Shown here: in pieces, positions 27,213-41,046 of the stretch
How positions within the stretch are numbered: the stretch's first letter is position 1
Layout of the letters: the number at the start of each line of letters is the position of its first letter
From: Octopus vulgaris
Lineage: Eukaryota
Reading direction: 5' to 3'
DNA length: 64,000 nt
NCBI GenBank assembly: GCA_951406725.2
Contig: OX597814.1
Span: forward strand, 174,406,001 to 174,470,000
Program-made: the position numbers and the translations under genes
Notes under the pieces: generated by a model
What the model saw: only the letters and a program-made list of their open reading frames with translations
What the model was told of the DNA's origin: nothing
Databases searched by the model: none

Positions 27213-28500
27213 AGACCACGTTCGGTCATAATATTATGAGTAATTCACGACAACACAATCAACAGGGTTGTCTATTTTCCATAAATGGGAAAGAATGGAC
27301 CAGGACGGCTATAGGTTATGCCCTCAGCCCTAGCATGGTGTGTGCAGGTAGCAATGGAGGAAGATTGTTTTCTGGTACTATAAGGGAAAGAGCTCAGATG
27401 TTCAAGATAACGGCGCTTAAAATCAATCGTGTCACCAATGTAAACCCTGGCAAAGTTGGTCCGTGGGGTGGTGACGTTACATTCATACACAGCACTATAG
27501 CGCTCGAAGGGCAATTAGTAGGGTCCGAGTAATTGTTAAAGCTGTGGGTAGCCTGGTCAAGGATCTTACTATTACTATTAATACAGTTATAGGGTATATC
27601 CGGGCGAGAATTCTCAGAGTTCCTGAGTTGAGATTCGCGTTTACTTCTATTCCAAGTTGCAATAATTAACTCCATGTTTGGTGTGGTGGAAATGGGAGAG
27701 TTTTATAGGAGATTCATTAAAGACGAAGTGGTAATTATGTTGGGATGAGAAGTTGAAATTGAGGTGAGAACCATAAAACCTCTCGTTTTCTACTCTTCGT
27801 ATTGTGAGTGCCAGGCGTAGGGTTAATTAGCATGAGGCGACCGTGACTTTTGCCTTCTCTGGTTCGGCTGAGCAACATAGGAGGAACTCTAACAGCAACA
27901 GTGGACTATATGGTATCCCTATAATCCACTACTAACAGAAGTAGTGGACTATATGGTGTTAGAGCTAGAAATAGAGTTAAGTTTAGAAGGAGCACTATCA
28001 TTATGAGGGGTTGATAGTTCTAATTTGATCTTTATTATAGTGTTGGGGATATAGGAAACCTAAGAATATCTGCCATGAGGTGGGCCTAGTTGTAGTGGGG
28101 AGCATGAGTGTTAAAAATGTTTTCATTAACAGTGAGGTTGTAGATTCTAATGGAAATGCCTTTGATAATGCTATTTAAAATGGATTTAGGGAGATTATAT
28201 TAACGTCCAATCTGCAATATATTAATATTTTCAACCATTTTCCTATTTAGCATAGTCCTTTAATTCACTGGCTAAAAATAGTTATGAAATATATATCTTT
28301 TCTAAAACTACAGGAAGCAGGCAACATGACTTCAGAAGATGGTCCCAACTAAGACTGAAACCGGTCAAGTTAGTTCCATTTTTTTTTTCTTACTGCATAA
28401 AAATGAGTCGGCTGATGTGATTATTTAATCAACTGCGCATTACTTTCGTCAGCATACTTGTTCTGTTGATAAGTATTAAGTCAACATTTTCTTTACATGA
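27213..28500 (-). mobile_element. Degenerate Penelope-like element
   Basis: VYEC..VYIGDTIDFKRRYLEHLSSF and C*LCCRELL on the minus strand; opposite-strand hammerhead relic at 28328. Extent approximate. Confidence 0.7.
28328..28371 (+). ncRNA. Hammerhead ribozyme relic (core CUG to CAG)
   Basis: GACTT-CAGAAGA-T-GGTC..GACT-GAAAC-CG-GTC-AAGTT. Confidence 0.6.
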
Positions 28501-28718
28501 ATACAAACTTCTCTTGACTCACTCCCCTGTTTGACAAGATATTCATTTTAACTAGTTAAGGCTAAAATTCCTAATTTAGCCACGACTCCAATATCCAACT
28601 ATATTATCAACTACAACAATGTTTGAGTTGGGACTTCTGCTAGTATGTTTTGTCACCACCTCCTCTCCCTTATACACACACACAAATACACGCACAATGA
28701 CTCAAGCATAGAGCACTT

Positions 28719-29136
28719 GGATCTTTTCGGTTTGAACGGCAGTTTTTTCTAGCGGTGTCATATGAAATTGTCACCCATAATTATGACCCTAGTATCGATC
28801 TATTGCATTTCAATCTGTTTTAGGGTTAGGGTTAGGGGTGGGGGAAGGGTATCTTTCTTTCTTCACAAATGTAAATAAACCCAATCTGTTTCTTAAACGA
28901 GGGACATATTCATACGGCACAGAATGTTTTTTTTTACCTCAATGGACGTCAGTGATTGGTTGAAATTGCAGAAATTGAAGAAAAAAACAACAAATATCTT
29001 ACAAACCATAGAATTTTCTCAATAAAGCCAAGAGAAAAAGATGTTTTATAAACACATTCTACCAGTATACGAAGTTTAAAATTTTTTAGTTACCTAGAAA
29101 TTATGTTAAGAACTGCCGTTCAAACCGAAAAGATCC
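28719..29136. mobile_element. Merlin-type MITE (same family as 22528, opposite orientation)
   Basis: Intact TIRs, (TTAGGG)3; no TSD visible. Confidence 0.85.
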
Positions 29137-29236
29137 CATACGGGGTTTGTCCACACACACACACACACATACATAATTGAGAGTGCAGTAATCTACAAAT
29201 GAGAAAGAAATGGATGTCAAAAACAAAGTACTGTTG

Positions 29237-29292
<56 letters not shown>

Positions 29293-30287
29293 CTACACTT
29301 TCATAAATATCCTACATCATCTGGCGTTGACTGAGGTTTGCGACTGATTTATAGCAATATACATGTAGATTTTCATTCGTTGACTTGTTAAAGAAATTAT
29401 GTTGGATTTCACAAGACAGAAATTATATGGCCGTTTCTATGGTTAGGTAAAGCAAATACATTGATTGACAATAAAGGGCTTGATGATTTATGTCTATCTT
29501 ATTCGTGCTTGTAACTTAACACTCTTAACAGCTGCTGCTCAGTATTATCACTGTTTTGTTTTTGTGTTTTTTAAAATTAATGTATGTGATTTAAATAATG
29601 TCTAATACATAAACATTATTGTCGACGAGCCAATGTGGGCGCCTTTACATGATCGTTCACCTTGCTAAAAATTACATATCGTTGCCTTGAAAAACTAAAA
29701 AAGAAAGATACAATAGATCCAATATATTTGAGGGGAAAAAGAAAAGAAAAGAAAAGGGGATGCATTGCTGTAAGACTTTTGATTACGACAGCAAGGCAAC
29801 AATGGAGATTTTTATGTAGTCGCTTACGTTTCCAGAAATAGCCACATTGCCTTAAGAAATGTCAGAACGAAAATGTGATAGTCACGGCTGGAACAACTTG
29901 TTCATTGGAGTGTTCGATCAGAGCTGATACAGGACTAGCAAATAACAACATTATGGACAAAAGAGAGAGAACCAAAATACCGATACGAATATTCGTGAAA
30001 TTGTGAACATGTTCCTTAATCCGTTTCAGTTTACTCGTTTAAACCAATTCACTTCTAAGGAAGACAAACATCTCTAAATCTCTTCCCTTCTTGGTCAAAA
30101 GAAAAATGTCAACCTGCTGGATTCAGGTCATATATTACAACCATAAAATAAGAAAGGGTCTCTGGATAATTGTTTCAAGTTTTGGCAGAAGGCCAGCAAC
30201 TATAAAGGAAGGAGGTTATCGATTATGTAGGCGCATTACCCACCTTGGCAGCGGGTAAACAAGCTGGCTATACAGATATAGAGGGCT

Positions 30288-30595
30288 TTACACAACATAA
30301 AGGTTCAGACACGTGTCATAAATAACAGTGACAAACGAAATATACACCGCCGATAGTTGTTGTTGACAAACAACAGCAGTAATTTTATTCAGCTGAATAC
30401 ACGTCATTGATTGGTTGAAATTACCGAAATACGACAACTTTAACACGAAATAACTTCGTAAATAGAAACTTTTCTCCACAACGCTAAGAGTAAAAAATGT
30501 TTTATATGACACATTCTTCCAGTGTCCGAAGTTTGAAAGTGTTTAGTTACAAAAAAATGAAATTCTCGATCTGCCGTTCAAAGTGAAAAGATCTT
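30288..30595. mobile_element. Truncated relative of the Merlin-type MITE
   Basis: Right TIR CTGCCGTTCAAAGTGAAAAGATCT and shared subterminal sequence. Confidence 0.65.
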
Positions 30596-31419
30596 GTGTT
30601 CCTTATGTATAAACCAAACTTCGGAAATTCTACCATGTCATTATTCTAAATTTCTTGATCAAGTTAATTCAGTTGGGAATGTAAACGAGAAGAAAATTCC
30701 CGAGGAATGAAATTTTGGGAGAAAGGATTGACATGCTCAGTGTAGTGCATGTGGAAGCAAGATAGGCCAATATAAGAGAATTTCAATATGCTTACAATAA
30801 TTCTTCTAATTTTGACACAAGGCCCGCAATTTTGAGAAAAGGCACAAGTCGGTTACATTGACCCCAGTACTTGACTAGTACTTTATTTTATCGACCCCGA
30901 AAGGATAAAATGTAAAGCTGGAAGAAATGCCGCTAAGTATTATGTCCGACAAACTAACGATTTTGCCAGCTTGCCGTCTTTAATATATATAATCTGAATG
31001 CTAGTATATTTGATGTTATAAACCAAAAAAAAAAAAAATAGTTAATCAAAATGACATCCTTAGTGGTGAGAAGAATTTTTTATCTAAATTATAAAATTTA
31101 GTTTTAAAAAAAGGAGAAGAGACAACCACGAAAATTCAATGTTAATTAGATATTGATAGTAACGAGGAGTGAATCTGATAACAAACAGTACGATGACAGC
31201 TTTAAGTATACATATGTTTTGTATAGAGATAAATGTAGGGATTCCTATTCATACATAATTAGTCTTACTGTGGAATTAAGTACACACAGCTCGGGATGAG
31301 GGTCGAACCGGCCTATTCCATTGTTATTTAACAGTCCATCAGAATTCACTCATCTCTCCTCAAACCGCCGATGAGTGAGAGACTAAAAGCCACTTTTTAA
31401 AATGTAAACGAAAACGTGA

Positions 31420-31707
31420 ATGTGCATGGTTCAGTGGTTAGAGCGTCGAGCTCACAAGCATGAAGTAGTGAGTTCGATTCCCGGACCGGGCTGTGTGTTG
31501 TGCTCTTGAGCAATACACTTTCTTTCACCTTGCTCCAGTTCACTCAGCTCTAGAAATGAGTTGCGAAGCTGTGTCGGCTTTTGCCTTTTCCTTGGATAAC
31601 ATCGGTGGCATGGAGAGGCGAGGCTGGTATACATGGGCGACTGCTGGCCTCCCATATACAATCTTGCTCGGACTTGTGCCTCCGAGGGGAACCTTCTAGG
31701 TGCAATC
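31420..31707 (+). mobile_element. tRNA-derived SINE, family D
   Basis: TGGTTCAGTGGTTAG..GAGTTCGATTCCC A/B boxes; homolog at 55490-55805, relic at ~16880-17140. Confidence 0.8.
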
Positions 31708-32109
31708 TACCACCGATATAATTACCACTAACGTGGCTTATGACATAATCTACGGACTCCAGTCAGACTAAATATGTATGGGTGTGACTACCAAATAGTT
31801 AAAACGTCGGATTAAGTAACATTACTGAATTTGTTCCGGCTCTTTGTACTCCGAGTTCAAATTCCGACGAAATTACACAATACTATTTAAATCGATAAGA
31901 TAGGATGGGCGCAGCTGGGCTGCTTTGACTGTAAGTCCGTTTGATAAAAGATGAGTCAGAGTTCTTTACCGTCCCTGTGGGCCCCCTATCGAAATATTAT
32001 TCTACAAACATTCAAACTAATTTAACTCACACCAATATATTTATTGCTTGTCTTCCCAGACAAGCATATTAAGAAATTTAGATTCTCTGGTTAAAACGGT
32101 TTAAACAAG

Positions 32110-32348
32110 TATTTATTTCTTTACTATCCACAAGGGGCTAAATACAGAGAGGACAAACAAGGACAGACAAACAGATTAAGTCGATTATATCGACCCTCCA
32201 GTGCGTAACTGGCACTTATTTAATTGACCCCGAAAGGTAAAAAGGCAAAGTCGACTTCGGCGGGATTTGAACTCAGAACGTAACGGCAGACGAAATACGG
32301 CTACGCATTTCGCCCGGCGTGCTAACGTTTCTGCCAGCTAGCCGCCTT
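32110..32348 (-). mobile_element. SINE family B with TSD
   Basis: Full unit flanked by a TTAAAACGGTTTAAACAAGTAT-like direct repeat (~32091-32111 / ~32348-32369). Confidence 0.9.
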
Positions 32349-32861
32349 AAAAACGGTTTAAACAAGTATCTTTAGAGCCATCTGTTACCCGTGGACGAGT
32401 ATAGCTTGGCAGCATGAACCATTGTAGCAAGAGCTAGAATCGAACTTAACATATTTCAGTTACCAAGTCGATGACATGAGTTGATCATGCACGCACTATG
32501 CGTTATTCTAATTATCAGCAAGTCAGCTTGCAGCCATGTCATGGACATCATCTCAAATGTCCTTGAGATTCGCGCAAGAATATTCATAGGAATTGAGAGA
32601 ACTATAGAAAAAAGGCACCTCACCGCTTGCCAAGCAAACTACAACAATGCAGAGATATATGAGAGTCACCAGAGAACACACACCTTATTTCTTGCCCAGC
32701 AACATCAAGTTTTACTTAGTTGAATTCAGCTAGAAATAAAAAGGAATTCTTCATATTTGCAAACCAACTTTTCGCAATATTTCGAGTTAATTAGTCATTA
32801 CCATGCTCTATTTCTAATCACCACATTGTCTACCAGAAGTTCATATTTAATTGTTCTCTTT

Positions 32862-33082
32862 AAGGCGGCGAGCTGGCAGAAACGTTAGCGCGCTGGGCGA
32901 AATGTTTAGCAGTATTTCGTCTGAATTCAAATTCCGCCGAGGTCGACTTTGCCTTTCATCCTTTCGGGGTCGATAAATTAAGTACCAGATACGCACTGAG
33001 GTCGATATAATCGACTTAATCCGTTTGTCTGTCTTTGTTTGTCCCCTCTGTGTTTAGCCCCTTGTGGGTAGTAAAGAAATAT
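32862..33082 (+). mobile_element. SINE family B with TSD
   Basis: Flanked by the direct repeat ATATTTAATTGTTCTCTT. Confidence 0.9.
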
Positions 33083-33515
33083 ATTTAATTGTTCTCTTGT
33101 TCAATAAATCATACAGTAAAAAAATATAATTACGTTCGCGCCTGTTCATTATCCTTTTAACATGCAGCCTAGCTTACCACAAAAAGTACCAGCATATACC
33201 AGTGCGACATCATGCTTTCGCTTATTGTTTTCGGCGCCTGTGTAGTCGCAAGCAGACAGTGATACTCTCTCCAACCCTTTAACCCAACAGCACATTTAGA
33301 ATGTTACGGCTGGGATGAGGGAGAGCACTACATCTGTACTCAACTGGTACACAGTTTTTGCTTAGTTAACTGGAACAACGTAAGATAAAATGTCTCACAT
33401 AAGGACACATCGCGCCACCCAGTCCGAGAAGCGAACCTATAACATAATCGTGAGCTGACCACTCCTAGTCATCAGTCTAGTGTAGTTTAGTGAAGTCTTT
33501 CTTATTACTGATTTC

Positions 33516-33917
33516 GGATCTTTTCGGTTTGAACAGCAGATTTTCTAGCGGTGTCATATGAAATTGTCACCCATTATTATGACCCTAGTTTCGATCTATT
33601 GCATTTCACTTTATTTTAGGGTTAGGGTTAGGGGGGGAAGGGTATTTTTTTTTCTTCACAAATGTAAATAAACCCAATCTGTTTCTTAAACGAGGGACAT
33701 ATTCATACGGCACAGAATGTTTTCACCTCAATAGACGTCATTGATTGGTTGAAATTGCAGAAATTGAAGAAAAAAAACAACAACAAATATCTTACAAACC
33801 ATAGAATTTTCTCAATAAAGCCTAGAGAAAAAGATGTTCTACCAGTATACGAAGTTTAAAAGTGTTTAGTTACTTGGAAATTATTTTAAAAAACTGCCGT
33901 TCAAACCGAAAAGATCC
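33516..33917. mobile_element. Merlin-type MITE
   Basis: TIRs GGATCTTTTCGG../..CCGAAAAGATCC; flanks CTGATTTC/ATGATTTC; TTAGGG tract. Confidence 0.88.
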
Positions 33918-34699
33918 ATGATTTCACATTCTTACACACACAAAATACCGAACTTTTCCATGGTGAGAAAGATATTATTTGTCAAGGTAATTTCTATCAA
34001 TAAAGGCAAGCCCATAATTAATTTTAAGACCAAGAAATGTATGACTTTACCATTCTCTCATTTAGACCCACCCCAATAAAACAGGTGTTATGCCTATATA
34101 ATTCTTTTTTTTTAAATTAAATCTGCATTAGCAAGGAGAGAATAACAAGTCAGTAATGGATTGAAGTAAGAGTCCAAGAGAACAGACTGCCAAAGTAAAA
34201 GAGAAAGATAATAAAAATTGCTAATGCACGCTAAATTTCTGTAGTAATTGGTTGGATAATCCCGAAAGGCTGGTTTACGAAATTTTAACGTCCAGACAGT
34301 ATGGGAAAATTGTAGAATAAACAATATACCAAGATCAAAATCTCAATGTGAAGTTTCCTTAAAGTTTTTTTAGTTCATTATCGTAGATTTTGAACCATTT
34401 CTACCTCTGAGCCCAATCTTTGATAAGAAGGTAATATAATCAAATAAATTAATCAAGTTATAATGACTGAAATTGTAAGCTCCGAGCCAAATACTTTTAA
34501 TTCCAATTATGTCGATTTTATTGCATTGATTTAATTGAAGATTAAAACTAAAAAAGAAGAAAAAAATTCAGAATGCTATGAAGAAAATTGATGTTGTTCA
34601 TTGTTTGTTTTATAAAATATTATTTTTCAAACTTCAATATTTTATATCAGATTTAGACCACAATCTTTGGATGTCAATATTAATAACAATGATGATGAT

Positions 34700-35560
34700 G
34701 CTTCAAATTCTGGCACATGGCCAGCAATTTTGAGGGAGGAGGTAAGTCCATTACATCGACCCTACTGCTCAGCTAGTACTTGATTTATCGACCCCGAAAG
34801 GATAAAAGGTAAAGTTGAACTCGGCGGAATCTGAACTCAGAACATGAAGTCGCTAAGCATTTTGGTCCAGTGCGGTAACAATTCTGCCAACTTGCTACTT
34901 TAATAATAGTTTCTACTATAGGCACAAGGCCTGAAATTTGGAGAAGGGGACTAGTCGATTTAATCGACCCTAGTGTTTCACTGGTATTTAATTTATCAAC
35001 TCCGAAAGGATGAAAGGCAAAGTTGATCGCGGCGGAATTAGAAATCAGAACGTAGCGGCAGACGAAATACCTATTTCTTTACTACCCACAAGGGGCTAAA
35101 CACAGAGAGGACAAACAAGGATAGACAAACGGATTAAGTCGATTACATCGACCCCAGTGCGTAACTGGTACTTATTTAATCGACCCCGAAAGGATGAAAG
35201 GCAAAGTTGACCTCAGCGGAATTTGAACTGAGAACGTAGCGGCAGACGAAATAGCGCTAAGCATTTCGCCCGGCATGCTAACGATTCTGCCAGCTCGCCG
35301 CCATTCGCTGCCTTAATAATCCTTTCTACTAAAGGCACCAGGCCTGAAATTTTGGGGGAGAGGACTAGTTGATTACATTGACCCCAGTGTTTCACTAGTA
35401 CTTAATTTATTGACCCCGAAAGGATGAAAGGCAAAGTCGACCTTGGCGGAATTTGAACTCAGAACGTAGCAACGGGCGAAATGCCGCTAAGCATTTCGTC
35501 CAGCGGGCTAACAATTCATCCAGCATGATAGCAATTATGTTAGCTCACCGCCTTATTCGC
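34700..35560 (-). mobile_element. Cluster of about four to five SINE family B units
   Basis: Repeated CCCCGAAAGGATGAAAGGCAAAGT units. Confidence 0.85.
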
Positions 35561-35834
35561 TGCCTTAATAATAATAATAGTAATAAGATGAAAAAGAAGA
35601 ATGACTTTTGATTGAGACACAAAATCAACAATTTTGTTGGTGTGTACTAGTCGATACCATTGCCCCCTATACTTGAAAGGTATAGCTTTGTTAAGCTACA
35701 CGCAAACAGACTAGTAGAGAGGAGAATACATTTATCTAAGGTTTATTACTTTACGTACATTGTCAGTTATTTCTGCTTAGTTCACTCAGATTCATTTTGT
35801 AGCGAAGACACTTAAGGGAAAATTCTCTCTCTCT

Positions 35835-36675
35835 CTGTTATATATAACATAAAAACGGACGTAGTAGATAACAGCTAGCCTTCGGCCACTTAGACCCTGT
35901 TGTGTCCACTACTCTAATTGGTTGATATTGGCGCAGTTTGTCTCTTGCTCTATTGCGCGCCAGTATGCAACCCAACCAGTCGCAACCTTTTGATAAGATC
36001 CCGTGACAGTCTCTTCCAAACATTCCAGTGAGCCTATAGTTCACTATAAAAAGCTAGTTTCAACACCGTATTTCATCTTTTGGTTCTAGACCTTCTAAGG
36101 TCTAACCACTGACCACAGAGCACACAACCAGTTCCAGCGACAACCACACCAGCAGCTCACATGGAGACTCAACTTCGTCCAATAGCATCAGGACCTCCAT
36201 CTCTGTCGCCTCCGTCTTAATGTCAACAACATCTCTTTACGTACACAGCAACACCAGCATCTCTCTAGGTTCTATCTCCTCACTGTTTGTGAATTACTTC
36301 ACTATGGTAAACAGCAATACAACCTGCGAGAACTTCTTGTATCAAGTGAACATTCTTCTAGCGTCCTATTGTAGACTCTTTCAATGCTCTGTATTTTATT
36401 CCACACGCATACACCCTTGTTTTTACACACATACACAGTATGTATACATGACGGCCTGTCTATTGTTATTATTATATATGCAAAAATGACGCACACACAG
36501 ACACACACACGTTAACACCTAAATAAAATCTTCTCTTAAACCTATCGATTGTGTCTTTCTTTTCCTTCTGGCACTCATACTCATTCATACTTTTCGCTTT
36601 TATTGTAAGCGACAGTGCGGTGTATTAAAGGAGTTATTCATTCGTCACCTCTCCTGCGCACGGTCGTTCTCACAC
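35835..36675 (+). mobile_element. Solo LTR-like element
   Basis: TG..CA ends, TATAAAA at ~36045, AATAAA at ~36522; diverged relatives at 37835-38722 and 53270-53430. Confidence 0.55.
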
Positions 36676-36699
36676 TCACTGTTGACATTCTTTTGTTTT

Positions 36700-37023
36700 C
36701 TTTCCCTTACCGGAAGTCCCTTTTCTTTTGCTGCTGACCAACCTCCTAGCTAGCCTGCAACAAACTTTCTGTCTACAGTTCGTCTGTCACGAATCCTGCC
36801 CCACATAGCTTCCCGCCTCCAGAATTGTTGACTGTCATTGGAAACGGGAAGGCGTTTTAACTGACCTGCCCATGCGTGAGGTTACTCGATTCTTTAAAGG
36901 TTGGCTCCGCTTTCCGTGACGGAGGTCCCTTGCCGACGCCGGGATCACGCTGACCTCTGCTCCTGTGTCGATTAGGAACCTGCGTCCGGAGTTGCGATCG
37001 TGGACATAGAGGAGCCTTGCCTC
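36700..37023 (-). mobile_element. Internally deleted Gypsy remnant (protease, pol tail, PPT, LTR start)
   Basis: RRFLIDTGAEVSVIP protease motif; VTSRMGRSVKTPSRF pol C-terminus; purine tract followed by TGTGG at 36805. Confidence 0.7.
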
Positions 37024-37835
37024 GGTTTGTGGCTGACCAAGTTGGAACGGGTCCTTTTTGGCTTTTTGTGGAAAGGGAAAACGCCACTTACGAGGCGCTC
37101 CATCTGCTGCCAAAATCTGTTAAAGGGTGGGCTGGGGATGCTTTGGTTGATGATGCGCAAGTACGCGCTGAGGCTGAGACATCTCTGGTGTTACCTGGAT
37201 GGTGAGCAGGTGTGGTCACCGCATGTCAAGCAACTCTTTCCACAACTGAAGTCCCTCAGGGATTTAGGTACATGGATCAAGCGGAGACCTAGGATCGGAG
37301 AATGGCAGAGGGAGTTCAGAAAAGCACTCACTCTGTTCTCTCGGGTGAGCAACACCGTCAGCGAGGTTACCACTGCAGATTTTTATAGAGGGTTCGTAGA
37401 GCATAAGTCCAACGATGTCCTGGGGGAGACTCTGGGCTTCGATGAGGAGCAACTGACCAGCCTGTTCGGAAGGACATTTGAGCCAAGGTATCTGGATAAC
37501 TTCCAGAAATCCTTGTCGCAAAGTACGTTCGGGAAAAGATGGATGTCTGTAGTAAGGAAGTTGAGAATGGATGGAGCCATGCGAGCATAGCCGGTCAAGG
37601 CGAAAAGAAGGAAAAACCAAAAGGAGAAAATAAAAAACCGGCGGGTTAACAATAAAAAAATAACCCGGAACATTATTCTATAAATTTTTAATTGCATATA
37701 ATTTTATTTCATCCTTTTATCCGAGTTTTTCGATTTTTTTCATTTCATTGCAACCAAAACCATTTTGTAAGAATGTAAGCGTTCGTCCCTTGTAGTGTCC
37801 CCTCTATGTATACCTTTTATAGGTAAATAAAGAAA
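37024..37835 (+). mobile_element. Tx1/L1-clade LINE ORF2 C-terminal fragment and 3' end
   Basis: LERVLFGFLWKGK..RRSICC..GGLG post-RT motif; AATAAA/A-rich end at ~37830. Confidence 0.75.
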
Positions 37836-38722
37836 TTCTTTGGTTTCAGACCTTTTAAGGTCTAGCCACTGACCACACAAGATACAGCCAGTTCCAGCGA
37901 CAACGGCTGATGTCCAGGTTCAACACAGCACTGTTCGTGAATTACTTCACCCTGGATCAACAGAAAATATACAACCTGTGAGCCAGACGACAACACTCGT
38001 CCAACAGCATTACGGCAATTTCTTTCTTCGTCGCCACCATCATCTTCTTAACGTCGTCAATATCATCTCTCTACGTAGACACAAACCAGCAACTCGCACA
38101 GGCTCTAACACAACACTGTTTGTGAATTACTTCACCATGATTAACAGCAAATATACAACCTGCAAGAACTCCTGTACCAAGTGACCTAGGCAGCACCATC
38201 ACAGCCACAAATTCACGTACGACATGTACCTCAACCGGTTCTGCATTACAGCCACAACTTCATGTACGACATGTCATCATCATCATCATCATTGTTCGAC
38301 CGTGGTCGAGACTTTCATAGTCCACAACTTCACGTACGACGTACCTCAGCCGGCTCTGCATCATCGCCGCAACTTCTTGATACAGCATTTCAACTATCGT
38401 GTACAATTGACTACGCGCTGGTATTTCTCATTCTTGTGTCTATGGACATTCTTCTAACTTCTCATTATAGACTCTTTCAATGCTCTGTACTTGACGCACA
38501 CACAGTCACATATGTTAACATATCAGTATTCTGTATACCTGACACACACACCGTCACACAGATTAACATATCAATAAATCTCCTCTTAAACATTCTACCC
38601 GCTTGTGTCTCTCTTTTCCCTCTGGCTTGTATACGCATTTATTCTTTTTTATATTGATTGTATCGATCGTGTGATGTACTACAGGAGCCATTCTCGTCAT
38701 CTCACTTCGCACGGTCGTTACA
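37835..38722 (+). mobile_element. 5'-truncated LTR-like copy
   Basis: Homologous to 36078-36670; ends GGTCGTTACA. Confidence 0.55.
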
Positions 38723-39039
38723 GTATCAATCTCACCAATAGTGCATAATCTGAGTGTCTTTTGAAATCTGGTCGTATTTATTTATCTTCAAACAACATTT
38801 CATTATCTTCATTTTCCTTCAAACGCACTATTGTTCTGTTAGGGTTTTTGTTGATGTTTTGAACAACCGGGAAAGCTCCTCTTCGTGCGTTTTATGCACC
38901 TTTAGTTTGAGTTCGTATTTTGCTTTTGTGTCTTTCCCACTTTCCGATATGCGCGGCAGTTTGTTATCTTCTCCAGAATTTCTGTGTCAGTTCCAGTTTG
39001 CCACTCCCTCACAGTACATGCTGGTATTATGAGTGAGTG

Positions 39040-40210
39040 TGTAGCTGGAATGCCACTGAAGTATCACGTCACGTCATGTCACATAGGGAATTTTTCCCTA
39101 TGGAGAATGCAAACTTTTGGTAATGATTCTGTTACTTGAGATTTGGTACGGGTCGGAGCTCCAAGTAGATCAGAACCGGGACGAACTTACGAGCAAATGG
39201 GCTAGTTTTATCCAGAAATGGGCTGAGAAGGAATTATCCTTGAAAGGTCGAGCATTGGCGGAGGGCGCTTATGATACCTGTTATATTACTGCTTGATTGT
39301 TGTACTTTGCTCTGTTTATCATCTGGCCGGTCTAGAGCGTCGTCTTTCGCTTCTTGTAGAAGGAATGTGTTCCACTTGTCGCGTGGTGCTCTAAACTGGG
39401 AGCACAGTATACTGTAGATGCTAATGCATAGACATGCACTGAGGTAGTGGCATCTACAAAGATTTTTAGACGGTGAGTAAGTGTGGTTGTCCTTTGTCAA
39501 GCACGTCTTCTCACAGCTCATTTCTTTAACAGAGCTGCAGTCCGAAGTCAAATGAAGAGCAAGACAGGGCATCTGAAATATTGTCAGGTGCTCACAGACC
39601 TCCACCAGTTCGGCAATGCTATAAGTGGAACTTCGATGTCGTTCTACTGAGGACTAATGGTGAGAAAGCTTGACAACATTCTCATGGAAACTCAAGGCAT
39701 TGACGAGTCAACGAGTAATAACTGGCTGACCTATTCCGTAGAATTTCCAGAAATTCTTGTCCTGCTTGTGCTACCGGGGGTCCTTTATGGTTCGAGAGAA
39801 ACTCTTCAAGAACGGAAATGTCATCAGCTGGATCTGTACAAGATGCGCGTACAAACGGTTCTGTACGAATTCGATCAGTGTCTAAGCATTAGTGACATGT
39901 GGAACACTGTCGAACAGTTGTTGTAGCGAGTAGAACGGATCCGGCTTTCAACCGAATCAACGGTAAAAATCTCCTCTCCGCTTTTGTTTGGTCGAGAAGG
40001 GCAGGCAATTTTCTTCTTCTAGTAGCAATGGCGAAAGACCTTGTGTGATTGTGGTGATTGAAAAGACGACAGAAACTTAATCTGAGGCCAACCCTCATCA
40101 ACTTTTCAAGTTTCGCTTGAAAAGGAAGGAGAGGATAGAGAGGGAGATGTTGCTAACCCCAGTAAATTCTTTGAAAGATGAGCGAACGTAGTGAATATGG
40201 CACGTGTATC
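39040..40210 (+). mobile_element. Highly decayed Tx1/L1-like LINE fragment
   Basis: ..WAEKELSLKGRAL.. and DGE*VW segments paralleling the 37024 copy. Confidence 0.55.
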
Positions 40211-40523
40211 TATAGGCCAAGAAGCAAAATGTGAAAGATAGCATTTGCTTTCGTAGTCAAGATCTTTGAGCTTTTGTGAGGTTTCTTTGATTGACGCTAA
40301 GCAACTATCCCACTTATTGTTTTGTAATCACTTTTCCTTCTTGTTTAGGGGCCTGATGCTATCTGACGCTATTCACCTCTCTTTTATCTTTTTCACTTAG
40401 AAAGTCATGTTGGCCAGTAAAGTCCTTGATATATATAAAGATAGGATGATTAAAACTGGACCAACTTTTACTATAAGCCTTCTCAATAAAGGCCGATCTG
40501 ATGGTAAACAAAATTGACAACAA

Positions 40524-40565
<42 letters not shown>

Positions 40566-40669
40566 CGATAAGTGAAAAAGTTTAAGGTTTCTGTTTTGAA
40601 ACTTTAACAACTGCACAGATTTTATTTTATGGGCTCAGTCAGTATGTACGTTTATTTAGTCAATATGTA

Positions 40670-41046
40670 TACTCTTTTACTTGTTTCAGTCATTTGACTG
40701 CGGCCATGCTGGAGCACCGCCTTCAGTCGAGCAAATCGACCCCGTGACTTATTCTTTGTAAGCCCAGTACTTATTCTATCGGTCTCTTTTGCCGAACCGC
40801 TAAGTGACGGGGACGTAAACACACCAGCGTCGGTTGTCAAGCAATGCAAGAGGGACAAACACAGACACACACACATATATATATACATATATACGACAGG
40901 CTTCTTTCAGTTTCCGTCTACCATATCCACTCACAAGGCATTGGTCGGCCCGGGGCTATAGCAGAAGACACTTGCCCAAGATGCCACGCAGTGGGACTGA
41001 ACCCGGAACCATGTGGTTGGTTAGCAAGCTACTTACCACACAGCCA
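40670..41046 (-). mobile_element. SINE family A
   Basis: Homologous to 6800, 54300 and 61154. Confidence 0.9.

Noticed and set aside
27255-27270. In-frame TGA in C*LCC of the Penelope fragment as possible selenocysteine (reported for some Naiad elements)
   Set aside because: It aligns with a non-Cys position (CQLC/CKLC in the other copies), is probably CGA>TGA decay in an already frameshifted copy, and no SECIS was recognised.
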